Assembly: GCF_006345805.1 (NCBI RefSeq)
Contig: NC_042999.1
Coordinates: 38,564,001-38,628,000, forward strand
DNA: 64,000 bases
Direction: 5' to 3'
Source of the DNA: Octopus sinensis
Lineage: Eukaryota
In this document: positions 1-13,489 of the stretch, in pieces
How positions within the stretch are numbered: the first letter of the stretch is position 1
Layout of the letters: every line of letters begins with the position of its first letter
Notes under the pieces: model-generated
Seen by the model: only the letters and a program-made list of their open reading frames with translations
Databases searched by the model: none
What the model was told of the DNA's origin: nothing
Translations under genes and position numbers: made by a program

Positions 1-47
1 ATCGAATCATTTTCTTGTAACTCTGTATGAAAAATAATTAAAAAGCA

Positions 48-235
48 GACGCAAGCATGGGTGTGCAGTAAGAAGCTTACTTCCCAACCACATAGTTCTC
101 GGTTTAGTCCCACTCCGTAGGACCTTAGGCAAGTGTTTTCTGCAATAGATTCGATCCGACCAACGTCTCGTGAGTAGATTTGCTGAACGGAAACCGAAAG
201 AAGACCGTCGTATATATGTATATGCGTGTGTGTGT
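48..235 (+). mobile_element. SINE family B, 5' half (tRNA-like head up to the internal microsatellite), diverged
   Basis: Aligns by eye to the heads at 14838 and 26311 (gtaagaagcttacttcccaaccacat...ggcaagtg...acggaaaccgaaagaag..cgtcgtatatatg). Confidence 0.8.
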
Positions 236-1544
236 TTATACTCATTGTCATCATCACCAACATCAACATCATGAACCACATAAAGTTTATCATGAACTCT
301 ACGTTATAGAGTTCATGATAAAAACTTAACAATTTCTTTTTTTGTTTTTTACTAAATGATTTTGAATGCATTATCTTGCAATTGTAATATGTATTTGAAT
401 AGAATAAATTATTTAAGAAGCATTTTTCTGTTTTTCTCATGTTGCTGTCGTTTACGAATTTTAAAACAAGGAAAAATTGCAAGCAAAATCAGTTTTATAT
501 GCAAGGATTGTTATATGTTTGACATTAATCAATTAAAATTTGTTGTCTTATTAAGAAAATTATGCGAGTACACTTATTTAATTTTCAAAAACTTTTAAAT
601 TTCTTCTGCATATTTGTTGCGAATCAAGTGCGTTACTTCTATTGTCTTATAACTATGAATAATACATTTGTTGGGCGTGAATGTTTACACCTAATCGACT
701 TTTAAATTACGTTATGGGAATAATGAAAGCCAAAGTAATGTTAATGTGGCTTTGTCAAACGGTACAGCAGCCTTCAATTCCTTTTCCGCTTTGTTATTGT
801 TATTGTGATTATTGCTATTGTCATTGTTGACCCCAAACCGAAAGTGTTCTGACTCCGATCATCCTTTCATTCCTTACATCTGGGGACATAGTTTCTTAAA
901 AAAAAAATGTCTGATTATGGTAGTCTCTGACGGACAAGAGTGAAAATGTGTACGATATTTCTACAGCTACAGAGACTGTTTGCTGGTTTCCGTGATGGTT
1001 CATCGTTAATTTGGCTTTCTTTAGATGTACGTGAAATTATACAATATTGCTTTAAATGCAATAGCGAAAAAAAACGTTCAAACAATTTAATAATTGAAAA
1101 ACAGATAAGAAATCATTTTTGGCGTCAATATGTTGCTCATATGTCACGAAGTCATTAATGAACGCATGGAATTATGATTTTTAATAGAATTGAAATTGGA
1201 TTTATTTTTGTGATTTATTTTTGCTTGCTTACTCTCAAAAATAAAATAAGCAGAAAATAACTCAGAATATATTACTATGAATAATTAAAGTGATCGTGTT
1301 TGTATATGTTCTATTTTTATGTATGTAAGCACTTATATTACTTTGTCAATATGAGCACCTGCATAATGGGTTTGTTCAGATATATATTTAAATTATATAC
1401 AATACACACATACATATGATGCACGTACATATATTTATATCTGTATCCATATCTATCTATCCGTCTTTCTCTCTTTATGACAGTCTCTCTGTCCCTCAGT
1501 CTCCGTCTCTCACTCCGTGCATCCTGCCCTCTCGTCTTTCTGTA

Positions 1545-1557
1545 TATGTATATATAA

Positions 1558-1637
<80 letters not shown>
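1545..1637. repeat. (TA)n microsatellite
   Basis: Direct reading; source of the YIYI ORFs 1338-1790 and 1416-1646. Confidence 0.98.
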
Positions 1638-1641
<4 letters not shown>

Positions 1642-2162
1642 GCTAGGCCACTGGTAATAATACTTTCTATAATTCTTATTACCCTAATATTATTATTACG
1701 TTTAAATATTTTTTGATAGATTTGTTCGATATTTTTACCGGCATCCTCTCTGTCGCCGGAAATAAACTGCATCGACGTAGTTGTTTTCAAAAATTAGGAT
1801 ATACAAGCAACTTGTTTACAGGCGAATGTAGTTGTGTGTATATTTGAAATCTAAAGGCTTCCTACTGATGAAACTAGCCTCAGGGAATATTTTTTTACTG
1901 GAATGAGTTAGAAACCATGGTCTAGGAATTAAATTAGATGGTTAAGGTTTTTTTTATTTTCAATTCTTTCGAGAATTTATCCATAATTAGTGGTTTGAGT
2001 TTTCTACTGCTCTTTCTAGCACGAGACTTTCCTATTTCGAAGCCTCTTAATGTGTTCTAATGTACACGATATTTTTATGTGAATAATTTACAGTCTATTG
2101 ACTATTTTTTGTGCTAGGCCATTGGTAATAATAATTTCTATAATTCTTATTACCCTAATATG
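1638..2162 (+). repeat. Pair of ~55 bp direct repeats (about 1638-1692 and 2108-2162)
   Basis: ttgtgctaggcca(c/t)tggtaataata(c/a)tttctataattcttattaccctaatat occurs twice. Confidence 0.85.
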
Positions 2163-2165
2163 ATT

Positions 2166-2202
<37 letters not shown>

Positions 2203-2219
2203 GTATGCATGTATGTATG

Positions 2220-2300
<81 letters not shown>

Positions 2301-4969
2301 TTGTTGTGGATGCCATTTTCTTACAAGAGTTTACTCCCGTACGAGTGCGGGTATTGTACCATAGTTGTTTCACCGTAGACTAATGTCTCAGATATCGATT
2401 GTTTTATCAACTATATGTAAATCGTTGCAAAAAGGATACTATATGATTTATTAACGTCTATAAAGAGAAAAGTGAATGATAGTTGTACCACTAAAACAGG
2501 TGTACATACTTGATATTGAAGACGAAATGTGGGTGTCACGGTTTTATCTCTCCACACATCTTTTCGATTCCAACACTTTTACAGTATGAGTATTTCGGCT
2601 TCTACCTTCCTTGTTTAGGCGGCCAACACTAAAACTTAAATTCATTCGAAATTACCTAGGTATCTTTGGCATAAATGACATACCCTTATTAACTCATAAA
2701 TTCTAATCACGAAAATGCTGTCAAACTAGATATTAAGTCAGAACTTTATTTGTGTTCAGGTGCACTAGCGCTGAAGCGACATTGATCTATGCCGTGATCA
2801 TCACCCCTTCTTATTTCTTCATTGCCCACAATGGGTTAAACACAAAGGGGGCAAACAAGGACAGAGGGATTCAGTCGATTATATCAACCCCAGTGCATAA
2901 CACTCCTTCTGTCGAGTGTTTTTCTCTTGCTTGGTTTCTCGGAAACCTCTTCCCTGGCCAGGCTAACTCGGTAGAGATGCCAATTTAGTCGTTAATAACT
3001 GAACCACGCCTGATATTTTACCGGATCCTATTAGAAGTAGAACTCAGTCTGAGCTGAATAATCTCTCCGTTATCATTTGATGATTCTGCCGCTTTAGAAT
3101 CGACATTAATTCAGTTCGATATGTAGTGCTCTGGATTTTTTGTCAGTAGCGCTTATTCATTTCACAAAATGTTTACTCAATGGTATTTCCTTTGAGTAAA
3201 GGCACACAAGTTTCTATTCGTCCTTTTATTTCCATTGAAGATTGGTAATATTTTGTCTGGTAATGTCACCAAGGAACACAATAGAACAGTATTTAAATGT
3301 ATGTGCCATGACAACTTCGTATGAAAGCATGATAATGTAAAAAATAATTTCAAAAGACATGTATCTGCACGTTCAAATTCATATTCTCTTATAGATATTA
3401 TATAATATTATATATTCTCCGTAATCTTGGATATTCATCTTGAAGATTTTTTTAAATAATTTCAATACACTAAAGAAATCTTAAGATTATTCTCATTTTC
3501 ACGATATTTTTGATAAATCATCTTCTTCCAAGTAAACTTCAGGTTCATGTAAACTAAGATATATTTTTTGTTAATCTTCAAACGATCATTTGGATTAATT
3601 TGAATAACGGTGGATTCTTACTCAGATAAATGATACGAGACCTTTCATGTCATATAACATTCTTCTAATTCGAATGGAAACTGTTGCTTCACAGCTAAAT
3701 GATTAATGGTTAAGCTCATTAGATATATTTTCGATTTTAATTCTGTGAACGCGTTGTCCATTTAAATAACACAGGAATGTCATTTCTTCTCTCCTTCATT
3801 TATTTATTTGTTGGTATTTCTATTTTGCATCAGGTTGCAAATTTATTGATGCGACACACAATTGAAACATATGTTGTTAAATCTTAGAATGGTCATTCTG
3901 TCAACACTATCACTGGATTTATTTCGCTTTCATACATATTAGTTAATCTCACGATACATCATTCCTTGATTTTGGTTACTATAATAATGTATTGTTTTCT
4001 TTTTGCATACATAAAGATATATGTACGGCAAACAAGCAACTCTTTAGCTACGAAAGTCAAAGCAAAACCATCTAAAGAATGAGCTTATTCATAACAAATT
4101 ACGATGAGTGTGTAATATCTCCTATTTTTGTATTGTTTAAACAATTGTGTTGAGATTGTTGATGATTTGTTTTGTTTAAGTACATATTCCTTTCAAATTG
4201 CGGCAGTATGTTTCATAATTGACTTAGGACGGTTATGGTCAGTTATTGTTTTAAAAATTAGATTTTAATTTTCTCTTATAGATTTGAAATATCGTTTGAC
4301 TATTTCTACGACCGTTTCTAATGTATGTATTTCATATCAATTCCATATATATGTGGGCACAAATCTTAATGCTTACGACTGCAGTTTATCTGTCTTCTTG
4401 AAACTCAAAATTTTATCTTCACAAATTCACGTCACCTATATGTTTACTTGAATCAAAACTCATTGTATAATACTCCTGCTTATCGACAAGATCCAATACT
4501 GTCGACCCTAATTTTAATCTTTATCACTCCACTTGTGTCGCTTACAAACATGAGCTAAAAACTTATTCTTTATCACCTCATCTTATTTTACCATCTTGTT
4601 GTACTAACACCTTTTACACCGACTATAAATTAAAAACTCCATCATCTAATTTTTTACACTAACATTTGCCATTATGGTGTACAGAAGAATGTAGTCAAGG
4701 GAGATCAATGTAAAATTGTAAACCTGTTTTGCTAGAATTCTATCTGAAATCAGCTTGAAGCACCAACATGATTACTTTCAACTGTTACTCTTTAAAAAGA
4801 CGAAGTGTTGGATTGTGGCTTTCTCTCTGAATCTATGACAATATTCGTGATTTGATAAATGTTCATTTCCCTTCAATTGCATTTAATAAAAAAAATAATC
4901 AGCGAATGAGCATTAATGTTATTTACTATTGCCGAGCAGGTTTCCTTACAAATATTTGTTATTTTTTAA

Positions 4970-5725
4970 GGCGGCGAGCTAGTAGAAATGTTAGCACGCC
5001 GGATGAAATGCTTAGTGGTATTTCATCTGTGGTTACGTTGTGAGTTCAAATTCCGCCGAGGTCGACTTTGCCTTTCATCCTTTCGGGGTCGATAAATTAA
5101 GTACCAGTTACGCACTGGGGTCGATGTAATCGACTTAATACCTATGTCTGTCCTTGTTTGTCCCCTCTGTGTTTAGCCCCTTGTGGGTATTAAAGAAATA
5201 GGTATTTCGTCTGCGGTTACGTTCTGAGTTCAAATTCCGCCGAGGTCGACTTTGCCATTCATCCTTTCGGGGTCGATTAAATAAGTATCACATTACGCAC
5301 TGGGGTCGATATAATCGACTTAATCTGTTACTTTCTGAGTTCAAATTCTGCCGAGGTTGACTTTGCCTTTCATCCTTTCGGGGTCGATTAAATAAGTATC
5401 ACTTACGCACTGGGGTCGATATAATCGACTTAATCTGTTACTTTCTGAGTTCAAATTCCGCCTAGGTTGACTTTGCCTTTCATCTTTTCGGGGTCGATTA
5501 AGTAAGTACCAGTTACGCAATGGGGTCGATATAATCGACTTTAACCCTTGTTTGTCCCTTATGTGTTTAGCCCCTTGTGGGTAGTAAAGAAATATGTATT
5601 TCGTCTGTCTTTAGGTTTTGAGTTCAAATTCCGCCGAGGTCAATTTTTTCCTTCATCCTTTCGGGATCGATAAATTAAGTACCAGTTACGTACTGGGATC
5701 GATCTAATGGACTGGCTCCCTCTCC
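4970..5725 (+). mobile_element. SINE family A multimer (one head plus five core units)
   Basis: Head ggcggcgagctagtagaaatgttagcacgccgg, then repeated core gagttcaaattccgccgaggtcgactttgcctttcatcctttcggggtcgat...gtaccagttacgcactggggtcgat. Confidence 0.9.
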
Positions 5726-5873
5726 TGCTTATTGTGTGTGTCCCTGCCAAAGCCATTACAATTATTGAGGGTTTTTGTCCTCTACTACGTTACGTAAGTA
5801 TCCTAAATATACACCTTCAGCCATATTGTTAGAGATGGATGTAATGTTTCCCTAAATCTCTTTGAGCTTTCAC

Positions 5874-6134
5874 TCACGTCATGGGATGATGCGATCCCTC
5901 ATGTGGGACCTGGAGTATACATTTTACACACAATGCTGCATCTAATCCTATAATGTGAATCTCGTATCGACTACAATAAAGGCAACATATTATGAATGCC
6001 ATTATCAGATTCTGTAACGTATGTACCTCTGTGTCATGGTTTGCATTATTTTCATGAAATATTACGTGATGCTGAAGTGACATATTGGTTCGGAAATCTA
6101 GGCCGTTGGTGACCTCTTGTATTTTGAACTTCAA
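5874..6134 (-). mobile_element. Possible very decayed Tc1/mariner transposase remnant
   Basis: Translation LQHHVIFHENNANHDT resembles the IF(Q/H)xDNAxPHT catalytic segment; weak match only. Confidence 0.25.
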
Positions 6135-8451
6135 ACTTCATAACTTTATTTTAATTTTTATTTTATATTTATATTTTATTATCTAATTAAATACTAGTTT
6201 CAATACTGATGCACCTTTCATTGCGCAAGTTGTCGTTTTTTATGTATCATTAGGCAGGCGTTTTGTACAATATTTTTCAAAAGAATTACACGTACTCTCC
6301 ATAATTTCATTAATCTAACACATGTTTTGTTTTTCCATTTAGAGTGATTAAGTGTTCCAAATGTTTGATTCATTCAGAATAATATAATGCATTTTTCCAA
6401 TAGTTAAATGAGGAAATATGTTCTAGGTGTGCTTCTATTTCACACTGTAGCCACTTCTATACTGCTAATCTCTTTGTCTAGGTATATTTAACGGATATCA
6501 ATCAGTTCATAGTGTAAAACAAGTTCGCTTTTCGTTACATTATATCAATGTATTTAATTACGCTGTGTAAAATGCACATATAATGTTGCATCTTTCTGAT
6601 CTTGTACATTTTATCCAGGTTAGTTTAGAATTATTGTTTTTGTCACTCATCAACTTGCTGATGTCGCTTTTTATTCCCAAAGTAGCACATTGTTTTATTA
6701 TCTTCCATAGTTCTTTGTGTTTCTATTATGCCGACAATTTGTGCGAGTATGGCTTTGAAGTTCTCTCTCATATATTTCTATATTATGTTTGATGGGATTT
6801 TCGAAAAAGAAGCATTCTTAATAGAGATATTCTGTTTGGCTTTATGGTTTTGATGGTTTATGCAAAAAGACATGTTATTTGTGTTCTTCTTTTAGTGTTT
6901 ATTTTACTTTATTTTATTATCTATAAAGTGTTCCTTGTATTACCGGAAAGATTTAACTTTCACTACATTAGCGACATCAGTTTTCCTTTGCAACATACGA
7001 AGTTGAATTTAAAGATGTAGAAAATACAGCATTCTCCATTGACTGCGAATTTATTTCGTTTCAATGCATTATTTATATATAAATATTGCACAGAACAATT
7101 CACGAGATTGCAACAGATATAACATTAGACTAAAAATAAACTGAAACTTCTATTTCTCAATAAACCAAAGATTACATTCAATTTAATAATTCTCACCGTG
7201 TTGATGCATACTCTTTTCTCAGTTATGGTACAACATCAGGAAAACCTTATGAAGAGCAATTCACAAATCTTATATCAAATTTTACTTTGGCGACGCTCTT
7301 TTAGCTTTCCAGGGTACAGTAGCACGTTTACTAACCAAAAAAGGCTGTTTGGAGAAATTCGGACAATAGTCTAAATTCCGCCATTTTCCAACATATATAT
7401 GCTTCGTAATATCTTTCACTAACCACAGATAACGTTGTATTTGTCGGTGCGGTTTCTGCACAATCATATCTAAAGGATATTTGCATTTTTTCATCAACAT
7501 TCAGTCGTATCACATCAATAGGAATCTTGAAGGAAGCCTTTTGATGTTACCTTTGACACACTAACTTTTCATTCTTTCAAATCTTGGATTTCATTCTTCG
7601 TATGTTTACTGTCACAAGTGATGTTTTAAGAGTTTCCTGGTGACCTGAGTACTGGACCTGTGTGAGAAGAAATGCATGTGACCATGATGTCTCATAAACA
7701 AATTGCTTTCACTGACAATCAACCAGCTAAAGCTCTCGACTATCTTGGAGAAAAACAAGTGACTAGAACAAGTGATATACAAATGATGTCTCACGAAGTC
7801 AAACAATCAGAACACCGGACTAATGTCAGACAACAGAAATTAATTTGAAAGTGTCATAAGCAAATGTCATACCTGGACATTTAGCCAACCAGAAAGTTAG
7901 TCTATATGGAGACAATCACACGTGTCACCTTTGAGCAAGTAATTAATAAGGACTTCAATACAAACAAAATCATCTTGAAAATATTTCAAATTTATATACG
8001 CACGAGTAAAATAAACAGCCAGCAATTTCTTTTTCTTTTCTAATTTCTTATACTTTAAAGTCTTTATCATACGTCATTGCTCTAACATAGCATATTCCTA
8101 CGAAATTGTTTCAACTTAATAATATCTATAATGTATCACTGCTATGCGGTTTACCGAACATTTCAATTTTCATAATTTCTTATTGTTCTGAAACTTGCAT
8201 TTTCATCATGTAATTATCATATGAAGGCCATCGAAAATTTGACTTTTGCGTATGTTTTACTGCTGTGAAATGTTTTCATAGGCATTTTTTCCTTTTTTAA
8301 ATTTTCTTTTATTTTGTATTTCATTATTCACCGTAGAAAATAAAATGAAACCGTTATAACAAATTAAAAACGATAGGAAAAATCAACTATTTAAAAAAAA
8401 TTCCAGCTCCAGCCAAATTTCCTATACACACCCGCACACATACGTTTGTAC

Positions 8452-8880
<429 letters not shown>

Positions 8881-9128
8881 TATCCCAGCCGACAAAAAAC
8901 TGCGCTTGGCACATGCTGGATTGGCCTCGTGATTATATTTTTAATCTCGGCGTATCTGTTGACGAAGACTTTTCCTATCAAATTATTTTATTTGCTAAAA
9001 AAGTCAGAAACCATGGTCCAGGAAATAGATGGTAAATGTTTGTATTTTTCATTCCCTTCGAATTAGTGTGTTGGACTTTAGCTGCTCCTTCTAGCGGAAG
9101 GAGTGCGTTTAAATGTGCAGTGTATCAT
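8881..9128 (+). repeat. ~248 bp block A, copy 1 (copy 2 at 10104-10353)
   Basis: tatcccagccgacaaaaaactgcgc...gtgcagtgtatcat repeated; I see only two single-base homopolymer indels between copies. Confidence 0.95.
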
Positions 9129-9237
9129 ATATATATATATATTATATATATATATATACATACATACATATATATATATATATTATATATATATATATAC
9201 ATACATACATATATATATATATATTATATATATATAT

Positions 9238-9543
9238 ATCACGTGATCACGTGACCGACCAGACCATCAGATGTTCTTACACATCGCTGGTCACAATGCG
9301 TTCGCATTGTTTTAGCCTCTGAATGACACCACCCCCCTGGCTAAGCGAGCAGGCCAACAGAAGAAAGAGTGGGAGAAAGATTGGTGAAAGAGTACAGCAG
9401 GGATCACCACTCCCTGCCGGAGCCTCGTGGAGCTTTTAGGTGTTTTCGCTCAATAAACACTCACAACGCCCGGTCTGGGAATCGAAACCACGATCCTACG
9501 ACTGCGAGTCCGCTGCCCTAACAACTGGGCCATTGCGCCTCCA
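9238..9543 (-). mobile_element. SINE family C (tRNA-derived head), copy 1
   Basis: Minus strand tggaggcgcaatggcccagttgttagggcagcggactcgcagtcgtaggatcgtggtttcgattcccag with A-box and B-box-like motifs. Confidence 0.85.
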
Positions 9544-9545
9544 TA

Positions 9546-9580
<35 letters not shown>

Positions 9581-9586
<6 letters not shown>

Positions 9587-9884
9587 ATCACGTGACCGAC
9601 CAGACCATCAGATGTTCTTACACATCGCTGGTCACAATGCGTTCGCATTGTTTTAGCCTCTGAATGACACCACCCCGCTGGCTAAGCGAGCAGGCCAACA
9701 GAAGAAAGAGTGGGAGAAAGATTGGTGAAAGAGTACAGCAGGGATCACCACTCCCTGCCGGAGCCTCGTGGAGCTTTTAGGTGTTTTCGCTCAATAAACA
9801 CTCACAACGCCCGGTCTGGGAATCGAAACCACGATCCTACGACTGCGAGTCCGCTGCCCTAACAACTGGGCCATTGCGCCTCCA
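9581..9884 (-). mobile_element. SINE family C, copy 2 (near-identical to copy 1)
   Basis: Same sequence as 9238-9543, apparently differing at one base (caccccCctgg vs caccccGctgg). Confidence 0.85.
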
Positions 9885-9886
9885 TA

Positions 9887-9929
<43 letters not shown>

Positions 9930-9950
9930 TATATATTATATATATATTAT

Positions 9951-9997
<47 letters not shown>

Positions 9998-10001
9998 TAT
10001 A

Positions 10002-10068
<67 letters not shown>

Positions 10069-10103
10069 GATAGATAGATAGATGGACAGATAGATAGATA
10101 GAT

Positions 10104-10348
10104 TATCCCAGCCGACAAAAAACTGCGCTTGGCACATGCTGGATTGGCCTCGTGATTATATTTTTAATCTCGGCGTATCTGTTGACGAAGACTTTTCCTA
10201 TCAAATTTATTTTATTTGCTAAAAAAGTCAGAAACCATGGTCCAGGAAATAGATGGTAAATGTTTGTATTTTTCATTCCCTTCGAATTAGTGTGTTGGAC
10301 TTTAGCTGCTCCTTCTAGCGGAAGGGAGTGCGTTTAAATGTGCAGTGT

Positions 10349-10353
<5 letters not shown>
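10104..10353 (+). repeat. Block A, copy 2
   Basis: See 8881-9128. Confidence 0.95.
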
Positions 10354-10416
<63 letters not shown>

Positions 10417-11125
10417 TGTCTGTCTGTACTTCTATTTCTCTATCTATCTATCTATCTATATTTCTACGTATCTCTCTAAATTATCATTAAGGTGTTATCC
10501 TTCCATTCACGTATAAATGTTATTGATCGACATTACTATCTCTGGCATGATTGCCATCGGTTATGCAAGTAGAGTCGTTTATTTATTTTACGTCGAACGC
10601 AGCAGTAGGTAATCGTTACCAATTAGTGAAGTGAAAACTAGAATAAAGCAAATGAAACCCATATAACATTCAAATATTCCAAATTTCAGTAGTTAGTAAT
10701 AATTGCTGCGATCTGTGAAATTTTGTGATATCCTCGAGTAAGATGAAAATTAACCTAACATGTTATAATAATATTTTTCTTAGGAGCATTTAATTTTTTT
10801 CTTGACGAAAATATTTTGAAATACTTTAAAAGTATCTTTAATTAAATAGATTTAATTTACATGTAATATTTTTAGTTTTGCAATGATGGAAATCGGAATG
10901 TGAAGTATTTCAGGTTATTGCTTAGAACGTCCACTTCAAATTATAGTCTTAATCAATTTAGAAGCCGTGGTTGTTATTTATGTGCACATGTTTGGGTTTT
11001 ATAGCAATAAGTGTTATTGTTCGCCATCTAAAAGCATTTACTAGAGTAAGCTGGAACGTAGCAAGAAGTCGTAAACTTATTCGTATAGTAGATCGCTGCA
11101 TGTCAGCAACTGGCGCGAAACGTCA

Positions 11126-11342
11126 CGAGTGGGGTGTTGTAAAGTTCCTGGCTTGAAGAGTATTGTGAAAGACCTTGTTGGGGGGCCCAAAGTTCCGAGA
11201 TATTTTACAGGGTTTAGAAAAAACTGAAAGTATGCTGCAATAAGTATGTGAATCTGAGCGGGGAAGATGTTCAATAAAATCATAATTAACTGATCCTCCA
11301 GGGTCTTCTTTTACCCAAAGCCAGAAACCTAACCCCACTCCG
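11126..11342 (+). mobile_element. Mariner-derived MITE/deletion derivative
   Basis: Imperfect TIRs cgagtggggtgttgtaaagttcctggctt / aagccagaaacctaaccccactccg; internal FYRV*KKLKVCCNKYVNLSGEDVQ* matches a mariner transposase C-terminus. Confidence 0.6.
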
Positions 11343-12059
11343 CATTTGGTCCTTCGCTTTTACAATATATTACCATTCCACACGTATTTTAAGTTACGGT
11401 GCAGAAGGACTGATGCTGTTAGAGTCAGAACAGGAATTCCATTCATACTGCCACCGATACTGACAAGAAAACTCATTCTCTCTATTGATAACTGAGTAGT
11501 TTGTTCTCATATAAATCTTTCTGCGAGGAAATATTACAATTGACTTTTCTTTCGTGAAGCAGCTTTTGATGTATAAATTTTAAACTAGTTTTTACTGATT
11601 CATGTTCATCGATTTTGTTTCTCTCTCATCTTTTCTCTTTACATGAATCTCGTGTGAAATTTTGTAAATGTTGACTCTAGTCGATCTGCTTGATACGTGC
11701 TTTCATCAAGTTTATGAATACGTGCTGAAGAACGAGAATATTTTCGTCAAATATTCATGTTAATATTGTTATGGATCAATTTGAGACTTCCATCGAAAAC
11801 AGTTTGATCATCATAACTTGTATTTTGATAGTTTAAACCTTGTGCCTTTAACATTTTTATGAATTTTTTACTTATTTATATTGCACATTCTGTAGTGTTT
11901 CCATTGTCTTTGTTGAGGCTTATGCATTTTTACATCGTTGGTTTTCTTCTGCAATTTCCATTGATTTGTGCGTTGGCAGTAGATTTTCAGGATATTTTCT
12001 TTTTACCTACCCTTTTAAACTGCCGCTAATTTGGGAGTATCTTTCACATACACTTGTCG

Positions 12060-13350
12060 TCCATGTACAATCGCCTAAGAAAGCCTTCATGTTTGATATG
12101 TCACTTCTATCAATAGACAAGCAAATCATGCCGAGTGCCCTCTTGAGACTAGATTAGTCTAGAGCTTGTAAAGTGGTCAAAGATGCGATGTAGAGTAAAA
12201 AAAAGTCGCGTAGTCTGACATTTATTAAGAGAGTGCAGAAAGAAGTAAAGTTTCAAATAGCCGAAGAAAGCAGTCCAACAGTCAATGAAGAACCCGTCAA
12301 GAGCTTGGGATGCGTATATACTGGAACATTGTCAGAGAGGAGTCGTGGGATGGACATTATGAAACAAGCTGAGGCTGGATTATCAGCGATTGGTAACTGA
12401 AAGTTACTAGGTAAATATAAAATTTAGTGCTTACAGTTCAGCTTGTATCCGCAACTTTCGAGGCCACTTTTAATATTCGAAGCAGCATTATCATAAGTTC
12501 AAACAGAAAGTGGCTAGGCCCACCTCGGATATTGAATAGTTAAGCTCTTTATCGTAAAAGAGGGCCATTGCAGTTACCAGTGGCGTCAATAGTCGAAATT
12601 TATAAGCTAGGGAATGTACGAAGGGTGATAATGTTGAGAGAGTCGAAGGAATTCAGGCGTAACCCACCAGCTGTGAAAACAGCCAGGACGTGGAAAGCAG
12701 AAGCCGAGACTGATGACATCTGGTCTTCTCTTAATTACCGAGATATGCAGGGTGCAACACAAATTCATTGGAAGGAAATTGGTTTCGGTGCAGATCGGTT
12801 CTGACTGTTTGCGAGCATGATACGGAGCGAACGCAGATCTGTTGTTAGTAACAGCGACAAAACGAGGGAGGCAGAGAGAAGAGAGCATTCAACAAGGACA
12901 GATGACGAGATGGGAAGAAGATGTTGTTGAGAGAAAAATAAGTTGGAATGAGATATGAAGGTGGAGCACATCTCGGTTAGGTTTTCTGATTCGTTCATCC
13001 TATGATGTCTTGTCATCACCTGCAGATCTATTAAGATGGAACGTCTGAGCGAATGATATATGCAAATGCGGAAAGGTCAGAACACTGAAACATACTATTT
13101 CCATCTGTTCACTAGCATTGAATAGGTAAACATGGAGGCACACCCTGGTCATTAAGGTTATCTTCAATGTTATCAAGAACCAGATTGATTTCAACAACAG
13201 TGAGACAAACCCGTTGAAAGTAGCAACTAGTGATTTAATTACCTGAGTGCCCTCAGGATAGCGGATCGGTTTCAAAAAGATCAACAAATTTCCTTTCCTG
13301 TAAGAGATGAAAAGAGGAACGGGTATTGGAAGGTGACTGTAGATTTATGA
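12060..13350 (+). mobile_element. Decayed non-LTR retrotransposon, Hero/NeSL-like (RT C-half, CCHC zinc knuckle, start of REL endonuclease region)
   Basis: Translations KAFMFD, KKSRSL, EEPVKSLGCVY, LLGKYKI*CLQFSLYPQLSRPLLIFE, LQLPVASIVE, TARTWKAE, QQGQMTRWEEDVVERKISW, SYDVLSSPADL, CKCGKVRTLKH..SIC, TWRH, WKVTVDL, with stops and frameshifts. Confidence 0.8.
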
Positions 13351-13395
13351 GGGTGCCAGGGACTCTTTCTTATCCCAGGTACAATATTTCCCCAA

Positions 13396-13441
13396 GACAC
13401 CTGATGAAGGCTGGGGCGTATATCAGCCGAAAATTTGTGTT
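13396..13441 (+). ncRNA. Minimal type I hammerhead ribozyme motif within a copy of the SINE-D/PLE-type 3' tail (about 13375-13490)
   Basis: gacac-CUGAUGA-A-ggcug(10 nt loop)cagcc-GAAA-AUU-U/gugUU: stem I gacac:gtgtt, stem II 5 bp, palindromic AAUU stem III. Confidence 0.7.
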
Positions 13442-13489
13442 AACAACAAAGTGAGGATAAATACCCGTCAAATATAAATAATGTAAATA

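Noticed and set aside
3000-3780. Possible decayed ORF on the minus strand (TIR-like or MULE-like words)
   Set aside because: Stop frequency is near the random expectation and motif matches are too short.
4970-5725. Regularly repeated units superficially like a CRISPR array (also 34952-35571 and 40837-40904)
   Set aside because: No unique spacers, no cas genes, and a eukaryotic context.
6540-6900. KELWKIIK-like LINE word on the minus strand
   Set aside because: A single short motif with no supporting RT or endonuclease motifs.
7282-7850. Protein-like ORFs on both strands (e.g. MHVTMMSHKQ..., IRLNVDEKMQ...) with possible splice sites
   Set aside because: Several frames are equally open, there are nearby stops and no recognisable domain; an exon cannot be supported without transcript or homology data.
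9810-9884. tRNA-like sequences (also the heads at 9470-9543 and 32660-32733)
   Set aside because: They are SINE heads followed by SINE bodies; I cannot fold a complete cloverleaf with an acceptor stem.
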